64,000 nucleotides of DNA, taken from NCBI GenBank assembly GCA_965248355.1, contig OZ252098.1:1344001-1408000 (forward strand), given 5' to 3'. The notes beneath the pieces were generated by a model, which saw only the letters and a program-made list of their open reading frames with translations, was not told where the DNA came from and did no database searches. The stretch is from Candidatus Latescibacterota bacterium (lineage in GTDB: Bacteria > Latescibacterota > UBA2968 > UBA8231). Positions 1 to 8,230 of this stretch are shown here, one piece after another. Position 1 is the stretch's first letter; every line of letters starts with the position of its first letter. The position numbers and the translations under genes are program-made.

Positions 1-573
1 CCCGAAACCGTGGCCGCCCTGCTGGCCGAATTCGCCGCTATCGACGGCTTGCCGCCGGTCTTCCTGAAGGTCACGGCCCGCACCGATCCCGGCCCCATCG
101 AGGCTCTGCTCCAGGCCGTCGACCCTTTTCCTCTCGTGGCCGGCTTCGTCTTCAACCTGCCGCCGGGCAAGGACTACGCCCTGCGCACGCCGGCGGCCGA
201 GGTCGACCCCCTTCCCGGGACCCTCTGCGGCCCACCGGCCCGGGGGCTGCTCGACGACACCATCCGCGCCTGGTACGGCCGCATCGACCGCCGCCGGTAC
301 CGCATCATCGGATCGGGGGGCATCGCCTCGGCCGAGGACGCCTGGCGCAAGATCCGCCTCGGGGCCTCGCTGCTGCAGCTCTACACGGGCCTGGTCTACC
401 ACGGCCCCGGCCTGGTGGGGCGGATCAACCGTGGCCTGGTGCGCCGACTCGAGGCCGACGGCCTCTCCAATGTGAGCGAGGCCGTCGGGCTGGACGCACC
501 CGCGGCCGGCGGCGATCCGGCCGGGCTCTCCCGGAAGCCGCGCCCGGCACCCCGCCTGGCGCCGGCCCGCTGA
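1..573 (+). CDS. pyrD: Dihydroorotate dehydrogenase (class 2-like), C-terminal part; 5' end runs off the window
   Basis: [38 protein letters not shown] matches the DHODH FMN-binding C-terminus; upstream motifs are divergent. Confidence 0.75.
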   Translation, partial: PETVAALLAEFAAIDGLPPVFLKVTARTDPGPIEALLQAVDPFPLVAGFVFNLPPGKDYALRTPAAEVDPLPGTLCGPPARGLLDDTIRAWYGRIDRRRYRIIGSGGIASAEDAWRKIRLGASLLQLYTGLVYHGPGLVGRINRGLVRRLEADGLSNVSEAVGLDAPAAGGDPAGLSRKPRPAPRLAPAR

Positions 574-1382
574 TGGCTGCCCCCCGGCCCAGCGTGCGGC
601 TCGAGACCGCTCCCGACCTGGCCGGCCGCGAGCGGGCCGTCCGGCAGCAGGGGTTCGCCTACCTGCCGGCCCTGCTCGACGGGCCCCGGATCGCCGCCCT
701 GCGCGAGGCCATGGACCGCGCCGGGCCGCTGGCCGACAGCTTCGACCGGCTGGAGGAACCGCCCGCCCACCCCTTCTACCACAAGGTGATCAACAACGCC
801 TTCAACCGGGACCTCCTGTTTCTCTCCTACCTGGACTACCCGGGGGTGATCGAGCTGGCCGAAGCCCTCCACGGCGGCGACTGCCACGTCATCGGCATGA
901 CCGCCTGGCTCACCGGCCCGGGACGCCCGGACCAGGGCCTGCACGCCGACTGGCAGCCCCTGACCCTGCCCGAGGACGTGATGGACGATCCCCGCGTCGA
1001 GATCCCGGTCTTCATCACAACCGCCCACTTCTACCTCGACGACGTGACCGAGGAGCTGGGGCCGACGGTCTTCGTTCCGGGCAGCCACCGCGCCGCCCGG
1101 CCGCCCGACGGCGACCGGGCCTGGCGCGGCGCGGGGGAGCACAGCGTGCTGTGCCGCGCCGGGGACGTGGTCGTCTTCCGCTCCGAGGTCTGGCACCGGG
1201 GCACGGCCAACCGCGGCGACCGCATCCGCTACCTGCTGCAGGTCCACTACGCCCAGCGCATGATCACCCAGAAATTCCCGCCCTATCTGAACCGCTTCCG
1301 CTTCGACCCGGGCATCCTCGAGCGGTCCACGCCGCGTCAGCGCCGGCTGATGGGCGACCACCGCCCGAGCAACTACGACTGA
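573..1382 (+). CDS. Phytanoyl-CoA dioxygenase (PhyH) family protein
   Basis: HxD (LHADW) plus distal His (VWHRG) and the GPT.FVPGSH motif. Confidence 0.85.
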   Translation: MAAPRPSVRLETAPDLAGRERAVRQQGFAYLPALLDGPRIAALREAMDRAGPLADSFDRLEEPPAHPFYHKVINNAFNRDLLFLSYLDYPGVIELAEALHGGDCHVIGMTAWLTGPGRPDQGLHADWQPLTLPEDVMDDPRVEIPVFITTAHFYLDDVTEELGPTVFVPGSHRAARPPDGDRAWRGAGEHSVLCRAGDVVVFRSEVWHRGTANRGDRIRYLLQVHYAQRMITQKFPPYLNRFRFDPGILERSTPRQRRLMGDHRPSNYD

Positions 1383-1398
1383 ATCGACGGAGATCTCC

Positions 1399-2049
1399 AT
1401 GCACTCCTCCACCCTGCGCGGCACCGACTTCGCCCTGACCCTCGAGGGAGCCCCCGTCTCCCATGCCGACTTCTTCGATGGCTTCGCGCGCACCCGGCGT
1501 CTCGGAGTGCTGTGCCCGTCCCCCCTCGACGGCCTCGGCGCCGCGGCCCTGGTCATGGCTCACGTCACCGCCTTCTACGACGACTACCGCGCCGCTGGCG
1601 GGGAGTTCTTCGCCTACCCCGACTTCTTCACCCTCCAGCGCGCCCCCGGGACCGCCAACTACTCCATGCTCGACATCTGGCCGAACCGCAAGAACGTCAG
1701 CATCGGCCCCGGCCCGGGGGACGCCGCCGACGCCCTCACCGACCGCGGCGTCGACGTGCTGCTCGTGGCCGAGGGGCGCACCCGCGCGCCGGAGCTGCAG
1801 CCGGTGCAGGAGGCCGCCCTGCGCCGGCAGGTGCGCGACTGCTACCTCTACGGCCCCGGCGGCGCCGTCGGCGACCCGGACCTGACCGTCAGCTGTCCGC
1901 GGGACCCTGTCAGCGCGTGGATGCAGAGCGTGCGCTCCAGCCTCGACGGCGGCAACGGCGGCGGGAGTCCGGCCGGGGAGGACGGATCCAGCCCCATCGC
2001 CCAGTCCTACCGCCGGCTCTCCCTCGACCAGGCCATGGCCCATCTCTAG
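1399..2049 (+). CDS. Hypothetical protein
   Basis: 216-aa ORF, GGAG RBS, host-like codon usage, packed in an operon. Confidence 0.7.
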   Translation: MHSSTLRGTDFALTLEGAPVSHADFFDGFARTRRLGVLCPSPLDGLGAAALVMAHVTAFYDDYRAAGGEFFAYPDFFTLQRAPGTANYSMLDIWPNRKNVSIGPGPGDAADALTDRGVDVLLVAEGRTRAPELQPVQEAALRRQVRDCYLYGPGGAVGDPDLTVSCPRDPVSAWMQSVRSSLDGGNGGGSPAGEDGSSPIAQSYRRLSLDQAMAHL

Positions 2050-2052
2050 CCC

Positions 2053-4572
2053 GTGACCTCCCGACTTGCGCAATCCCCGGCCGGGGCCGCCTCCGTGCTC
2101 CACCCGCCCGAGCTGCTCGACCGCTTCCGTGCCGACGACCGGGTCCGCGCCCGCGCCGAGGAGCGCGCCCGGCCCTGGCGCGATCTCTCCCTCGACGATC
2201 TGTGGTCCCTGGTCTTCGGCCCTCGCATCACCCGCTCGTGGATGGTCTGGTCCGACGGCGACTGTCCGGCCTGCCGCCGGCCCGTGAACATGTACGGCTG
2301 GGAGATGGAGCCCTTCGCCGAGCCCTGGAAGCTGCGCTGCCCCCGCTGCGGCGAGCGCTTCCCGAAGAACGACTTCGCCGCCTTCCACGCGTCCGGCCTG
2401 GACGAGGCGGGCCTCTTCGATCCGTCCCGCGCCGACCGCGGCCTCCTGTTCAACACCGGGCACCCGGAACCCGGCGACCGGCTGCGGACCTTCGGCGTCG
2501 ACGACGGCGAGGGGGTGCCCGGCGAGGGCGGGCGCTGGCGCTTCATCGGCACCTGGCTGGTCTACGGCCAGTGGAAGCGGCTCATCGTCGACGGCGTCGA
2601 GCGGCTGGCCGCCGCGTACGCGGCCACCGGCGATGGTGGTTACGCCCGCAAGGCGGGAGTGCTCCTCGACCGCGTCGCCGACGTCTACCCCGCCTTCGAC
2701 TTCGGCGAGCAGGCCGTTCTCTACGAGCGCAAGGCCGACCGCGGCTACGTGTCGACCTGGCACGACGCCTGCGAGGAGGTGCAGCGGCTGGTGCTGGCCT
2801 ACGACCAGGTGCGCCCGGCGCTGCGCGAGGACGAGGAGTTCCTGGCCTTCGCGGCGGACAGGGCCCGGCGCTGGGAGGTCCCATCCGCAAAGGACTCGGG
2901 TGCCGCGATCTGCGCCCACATCGAGTCCCGCATCCTGCGCGACACCCTTCAGAACACGCCCAAAATCCAGTCGAACTTCCCCACCACCGACGTGGCCGGC
3001 CTCCTGATCCGGACGGTCCTGGAGGGGCGCGAAGGCCTGGAGGAGGTCTACGGCCTGCTCGACGAGGTGATCGAGAAGGCCACCCGCGTCGACGGCCTCA
3101 CCGGCGAGAAGGGGCTGGCCGGGTACTCGGCGATCTCGCCGCGGACCCTGGCCCGCTGCCTGGCCCTCTTCGCCCGCGTCGACGAGGGCTTCCTGCCGCG
3201 CCTGCTGGAGCGCCACCCGTCCCTGAGCCGGCACTGGCGGTTCCACGTCGACGCCTGGGTGGGGCAGCGGTTCTACCCCAACCTCGGCGACAGCGGCGCC
3301 ACCGGAAGCGTCCACACCTCCTATTGCGGCGCCGTCTTCGACCGGGAGCGCGGCGATCCGCTGGCGCCCTCGGCCTTCACCCTCTTCCAGCAGCTGTACG
3401 AGGCCACCGGCGACGCCGCCTTCTGCCAGGTCCTGCACCACGCCAACGGCGGCACCGTGGAGGGCCTCCCCCACGACCCGGGGCACCCCGACCCGGCCGG
3501 CTTCCGGCGCGCCGTGAGCCAGGTCGTCGAGGCCCGGGGCCCGCGGCCGGAGGCGGGCTCCCTCAACCGGCCCCGCTGGGGTCTGGCGGTCCTGCGCTCG
3601 GGGGACGACCGCCGGGCGCCCACGGCCTGGCTCGACACCGACTCCGGCGCCCCGGACAGCATCTACGGCGCCATGGACCCGTCCGTGAGGGGGCGCGGCG
3701 CCCACAGCCACGCCGACGGCCTCAACCTCGGCCTCTACTACCGCGGCGTCGACCTCATGGTCGACCTCGGCTATCCCCCCGTGAACTACGGCGGCTGGAG
3801 CTCGGCCCAGGCCGAGTGGTACCGGCGCACGGCGAGCCACAACACGGTCTGCGTCGACGGCCTCGACCAGGCGACGGCGGCCGGCGACACCCTCTGGTGG
3901 CTCGACGGGGAGCAGGTGCGGGGGATCTGCGTCTCCGCGCCCGGTCTGGTCGACGGCGGCCGCTGCGAGCGCACCCTCGTCATGGTCGACACCGGCGAGG
4001 AGGACGCCTACCTGGTCGACGTGCACCGCGTGCGCTCCGGCCGCGACCACGCCCGCTTCCTGCACGCCACCTTCGGGAGCCTGGCCACCGCAGGGCTGCG
4101 ATTGCAGGCCGCCGAGGACTACGGCCACGACACCCTGATGCGCAGCTTCCGTCTGGACCCGCACCCCGCCGAGGGCTGGACCGCCGACTGGCAGGTGGAG
4201 GACGTGCACGGCCTGGCCCCGCCCGGCGCCGAGCTGCACCTGCGCTACACCGACGTGAGCCGCGGACCGGCGGCGGGCACCTGCGAGGGCTTCGCCCTGG
4301 CCGGCTACTACGGCGACCGGGACGAGCGCTGGCTCCCCCGCGTCGTGCAGCGCCACCGTTCCGCCGATGCGCCACTGACCTCGGTCTTCGCCGGCGTCCT
4401 GGAGCCCTGCGACGGCGCCCCGGCGGTGCGCGGCGTGCGCCGCCTGGACGAGGGCGACGGCACCGACGTGGACGAGCCCGTGGAGCTGGAGATCTCCCTC
4501 GCCGGCGGCGGAGTCGACCGGATCAGCGTCGGCGTCGGGGACCGCGTGCAGGTCCGGCGGAGCCGGCCGTGA
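2053..4572 (+). CDS. Heparinase II/III-like polysaccharide lyase with N-terminal CxxC...CxxC
   Basis: AHSHADGLNL, DLGYP and ASHNTVCVDG motifs; CPAC and CPRC near the N-terminus. Confidence 0.75.
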   Translation: MTSRLAQSPAGAASVLHPPELLDRFRADDRVRARAEERARPWRDLSLDDLWSLVFGPRITRSWMVWSDGDCPACRRPVNMYGWEMEPFAEPWKLRCPRCGERFPKNDFAAFHASGLDEAGLFDPSRADRGLLFNTGHPEPGDRLRTFGVDDGEGVPGEGGRWRFIGTWLVYGQWKRLIVDGVERLAAAYAATGDGGYARKAGVLLDRVADVYPAFDFGEQAVLYERKADRGYVSTWHDACEEVQRLVLAYDQVRPALREDEEFLAFAADRARRWEVPSAKDSGAAICAHIESRILRDTLQNTPKIQSNFPTTDVAGLLIRTVLEGREGLEEVYGLLDEVIEKATRVDGLTGEKGLAGYSAISPRTLARCLALFARVDEGFLPRLLERHPSLSRHWRFHVDAWVGQRFYPNLGDSGATGSVHTSYCGAVFDRERGDPLAPSAFTLFQQLYEATGDAAFCQVLHHANGGTVEGLPHDPGHPDPAGFRRAVSQVVEARGPRPEAGSLNRPRWGLAVLRSGDDRRAPTAWLDTDSGAPDSIYGAMDPSVRGRGAHSHADGLNLGLYYRGVDLMVDLGYPPVNYGGWSSAQAEWYRRTASHNTVCVDGLDQATAAGDTLWWLDGEQVRGICVSAPGLVDGGRCERTLVMVDTGEEDAYLVDVHRVRSGRDHARFLHATFGSLATAGLRLQAAEDYGHDTLMRSFRLDPHPAEGWTADWQVEDVHGLAPPGAELHLRYTDVSRGPAAGTCEGFALAGYYGDRDERWLPRVVQRHRSADAPLTSVFAGVLEPCDGAPAVRGVRRLDEGDGTDVDEPVELEISLAGGGVDRISVGVGDRVQVRRSRP

Positions 4573-6401
4573 GCCCGGCAGCGGGCGCCCCGGCCCGGGA
4601 GGCGGCCGAGCGGCTGGCCGACGGCCTCTACCCCCACCAGGTGGAGGGCCTCGCCTTCCTCCTCGGCCGGCGGCGGTCGATCCTGGCCGACGACATGGGC
4701 CTGGGCAAGACCCGGCAGTCCGTCCTCGCCCTGGTCCACGCCGAGCCCCGGGGCCCCTGGCTGGTGGTCTGCCCCGCCTCGGTCAAGCGCAATTGGGAGC
4801 GCGAGATCCGTCTCGTGCTGCCGGACGCGGCCACGCACGTCGTCGGTCCGGCCCCGGTGCCGGAGCCCGGCTTCGGCGGCTGGGTGATCGTCAACTACGA
4901 CATCCTCAAGCGGACCTTCGACGAGCTGCTGAGCCACGAGTTTCGCGGGCTGGTCTTCGACGAGGCCCACTACCTGAAGAACCACACCTCCCAGCGCTCG
5001 AAGCTGTCGACGCGCCTGGTGGACCGGACCCCGGGCGACCCCATGGTCCACGCCCTGACCGGCACGCCCCTGACCAACCGGCCCCGCGACCTGTTCCCGC
5101 TTCTGCAGCTCGTGGACCACGCCCTGGGCCGCTCCTTCTTCGGCTTCGCCAGGCGCTACTGCGCCGCCGAGAAGAACGACTACGGCCACTGGATCACCTC
5201 CGGGGCCAGCAACCTGGAGGAGCTGGCCGTGCAGCTGCATGGCATCATGCTGCGGCGCAACAAGGACGAGGTCCTGGACCTGCCCCCCAAGGTGCGCTCC
5301 TGGATCGACATCGACATCCCGGAGCGGGTCCGGGAGTCCCTCGACGAGGCGGTGCGCGCCTTCCTCGGCGACGGCGTCGAGGAACCGCAGCGCGACACCC
5401 GGGGCCGGCGCATGGGGATCGGCATGCTCGCCTCGGCGCGGAAACACCTGGCCATCGCCAAGAGCCGGCACACCCTGGAGTACGTGCAGGGCGCCGTCGA
5501 CCAGGGCGAGAAGGTGCTCGTCTTCACCGGCTTCACCAACCCCGGCCGCCGGTTCTTGCGCCACTTCGGGGACCAGGCCGTGTCGGTCACCGGAAAGACC
5601 CCGGTGAGCCAGCGCCAGGAGCAGGTGGACCGCTTCCAGGAGGACGAGTCGGTGCGCGTCTACGTGGGGCAGATCCACGCCGGCGGCACGGGCGTCAACT
5701 TGACGGCGGCGCGGCAGGTCGTGTTCAACGACCTCGACTGGGTGCCCGCCAACCACTGGCAGGCCGAGGACCGGGCCTACCGCATCGGCCAGACGGGCAC
5801 GGTGAACGTGACCTACATGGTCGGCCGGGGAACGATCGAGGAGTTCGTGCGCACCGTGCTGGAGAACAAGGCGCGCATCGTCGACGACCTGGTGGAGGGC
5901 CGGTCCCTGGGCGACCTCGATGCCGACGTGATGAGCGAGCTGCAGCGCATGCTCAAGAGGCTGGACGTGAGCGCCGAGAGCCTGCGCGCCGGGGATCACG
6001 GCCGCGAGCACCTGGCCCGGGTGCTGAGGGACGCCGGCGAGGAGTACATCCGCGACCAGGGGGAGCGGCTCGGGCCGCAGACCCGGGCCGCCCTGGTGCC
6101 GGTTTCGGAGGGGGCGATCCAGGCCCTGGCGGCGGTCCTGGCCGGCCCCCGGCAACAGGTCTACCGCATCGCCAGCTCCCGAGACCCCGGCCTGCGCTAC
6201 ACCCTCGAGGTGCACGGCGCCGACGTCACCTGCGACTGCCGCGGCTTCCACTACCGGGGCGCCTGCACCCACGCCCGGGTCCTGAAGGAGCACCTCGTGG
6301 CCGGCGCCACCGTGCCCCCGGCCTACGAGCGGGTGGAGGATCCCCCGGCCTCGGCGGGAGCCGCCGCCCCGGACCCCGGAATCCACGCCCCCCACCGATG
6401 A
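4569..6401 (+). CDS. SNF2-family (HARP/SMARCAL1-like) helicase with C-terminal SWIM zinc finger
   Basis: LADDMGLGKT, DEAH, LTGTP, QAEDRAYRIGQ; CDCRGFHYRGACTH. GTG start overlaps the upstream TGA; the 1512 start in the ORF track is spurious. Confidence 0.85.
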   Translation: MSPAAGAPAREAAERLADGLYPHQVEGLAFLLGRRRSILADDMGLGKTRQSVLALVHAEPRGPWLVVCPASVKRNWEREIRLVLPDAATHVVGPAPVPEPGFGGWVIVNYDILKRTFDELLSHEFRGLVFDEAHYLKNHTSQRSKLSTRLVDRTPGDPMVHALTGTPLTNRPRDLFPLLQLVDHALGRSFFGFARRYCAAEKNDYGHWITSGASNLEELAVQLHGIMLRRNKDEVLDLPPKVRSWIDIDIPERVRESLDEAVRAFLGDGVEEPQRDTRGRRMGIGMLASARKHLAIAKSRHTLEYVQGAVDQGEKVLVFTGFTNPGRRFLRHFGDQAVSVTGKTPVSQRQEQVDRFQEDESVRVYVGQIHAGGTGVNLTAARQVVFNDLDWVPANHWQAEDRAYRIGQTGTVNVTYMVGRGTIEEFVRTVLENKARIVDDLVEGRSLGDLDADVMSELQRMLKRLDVSAESLRAGDHGREHLARVLRDAGEEYIRDQGERLGPQTRAALVPVSEGAIQALAAVLAGPRQQVYRIASSRDPGLRYTLEVHGADVTCDCRGFHYRGACTHARVLKEHLVAGATVPPAYERVEDPPASAGAAAPDPGIHAPHR

Positions 6402-6447
6402 CCCCGACATCCCCCAACCGCCGGCCCGGCCGGCGCCCGGAGAACCC

Positions 6448-7803
6448 ATGACCACACTCGACGCCGCCGAGCTCAGACGCCTCGACGGAGACCACTGCTG
6501 GCACCCCCTCTTTCAGCACGGACCCCGCGGATCGGACAACCCGCTGCTCGTCTTCGAGCGCGGCGAGGGCTGCACCCTGTACGACGCCGAGGGGCGGGCC
6601 TACCTCGACGCCGGGGGCGGGTTGTGGAACGTCAACGTCGGGTACGGCCGCCAGGAGATCGCCGCCGCCGCCTTCGAGCAGCTGCAGCGCCTGCCCTTCT
6701 ACCCGCACTCGCAGATCAACGCGCCGGCGGCGCGGCTGGCGGCGCGGCTGGCCGAGCTGCTGCCGGGAGCGCTGTCCCGCACCTTCTACACCAACAGCGG
6801 CTCCGAGGCCAACGAGACCGCCTTCAAGATCGCCCGCCAGTGCCAGCGCCAGCGCCACCCGGGGCAGGACCGCTACAAGATCCTGGCCCGCTACCAGGGC
6901 TACCACGGCTTCACCATGGGGGCCCTGTCGGCCACCGGCCAGGTCGGCCGGCGGCTGCCCTACGAGCCCCTGGTGCCCGGCTTCCAGCACGTGGATCCGC
7001 CGTACTGCTACCGCTGTCCCCTGCACCTGCGCTACCCGGAGTGCGGCATCGCCTGCGTCGACGAGTTCGACGAGCGCATCCGCCGCGAGGGGCCGGAGAC
7101 GGTGGCCGCCGTGGTCGTGGAGCCCGTCATCGGCGGCGGCGGCGTCATCGTGCCGCCCGACGACTACCTGCCGCGGCTGCGCCGGATCTGCGACCGCTAC
7201 GACGTGCTGCTCATCACCGACGAGGTGATCACCGGGTGGGGGCGCACGGGGCGGCTCTTCGCCTGCGAGCACTGGGGGGTGGTCCCCGACATCATGGTGT
7301 TGGCCAAGGGCATCACCTCCGGGTATCTGCCCCTGGGGGCCACGGTGGTGACCGAGGAGATCTTCGACGCCTTCCGCGGCGAGCCCGGCGACGGCCGCGA
7401 GTTCGCCCAGGTCTGCACCTACGGCGGCCACCCGGCCTGCTGCGCCGCGGCCCTGGCCAACATCGACATCCTCACCGCCGAGCGGCTGTGGGAGAGGGCC
7501 GAGGAGGTCGGAGCGCACCTGCTCGAGGGCCTGAGGAAGCTCTCCTCGCCAGTGATCGGCGACGTTCGCGGCCTCGGCCTGATGCTCGCGGTGGAGCTGG
7601 TCGACGAGAGCGGCGCCCTGCTCGATGCGGCGCGCACAGCGGCGGTCAAGGGGGCCCTGCGGGAGCAGGGCGTGCTCGTGGGCCAGATGAGCCACGCCGT
7701 GCAGGGGCCCAACAGCGTCCTGACCCTGTCGCCGCCGCTGGTCCTCGGCCTGGAGGAGGCGGACCGCATCGTCGAGGCCTTCGAGCGGGCCCTGCCCGGC
7801 TGA
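6448..7803 (+). CDS. Class III PLP-dependent aminotransferase
   Basis: SGSEANE, DEVITGWGRTG, AKGITSGYLP, TYGGHP. Confidence 0.92.
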   Translation: MTTLDAAELRRLDGDHCWHPLFQHGPRGSDNPLLVFERGEGCTLYDAEGRAYLDAGGGLWNVNVGYGRQEIAAAAFEQLQRLPFYPHSQINAPAARLAARLAELLPGALSRTFYTNSGSEANETAFKIARQCQRQRHPGQDRYKILARYQGYHGFTMGALSATGQVGRRLPYEPLVPGFQHVDPPYCYRCPLHLRYPECGIACVDEFDERIRREGPETVAAVVVEPVIGGGGVIVPPDDYLPRLRRICDRYDVLLITDEVITGWGRTGRLFACEHWGVVPDIMVLAKGITSGYLPLGATVVTEEIFDAFRGEPGDGREFAQVCTYGGHPACCAAALANIDILTAERLWERAEEVGAHLLEGLRKLSSPVIGDVRGLGLMLAVELVDESGALLDAARTAAVKGALREQGVLVGQMSHAVQGPNSVLTLSPPLVLGLEEADRIVEAFERALPG

Positions 7804-7824
7804 GGTCGGGTGGGGCGCCTCTCG

Positions 7825-8193
7825 TCAGGCGTACCCCAGGGCCTCCAGCTGGTCCTCGTCGAAGCCCATGTAGTGGGCGATCTCGTGGACGAGGGTGATC
7901 TCCAGCTCCGCCTCCAGGTCGGCCAGATCCGGGAAGTCGTACTCCAGCGCGCTCTGGTAGATGCGGATGACGGCCGGCAGGTCGCCGGAGTCCTCCACCC
8001 GGCGCTCCGGCAGCGGCGTGCCGGTGAACAGCCCGTACACGTAGGTCTCCGGATCGCCGTACATCTCGTCCATCAGCTCCGCCTCGGGCCAGTCCTCGAC
8101 GATGACGGCGAGGTTGTCCATGGCTTGCCGGAACGGCTCGGGGATCCGCCGCAGGGCGGCCTCGACGAGGGTTTCGAAACGCTTCCGGTTCAT
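7825..8193 (-). CDS. Zincin-like metallopeptidase (small Zincin_1 type)
   Basis: YGLFTG.PL, ITLVHEIAHYMG.DED.L..LGY. Confidence 0.85.
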   Translation of the reverse strand: MNRKRFETLVEAALRRIPEPFRQAMDNLAVIVEDWPEAELMDEMYGDPETYVYGLFTGTPLPERRVEDSGDLPAVIRIYQSALEYDFPDLADLEAELEITLVHEIAHYMGFDEDQLEALGYA

Positions 8194-8230
8194 GGCTCGC
8201 TCACGGACATGGCGGCTGCACCCGGCGCTC

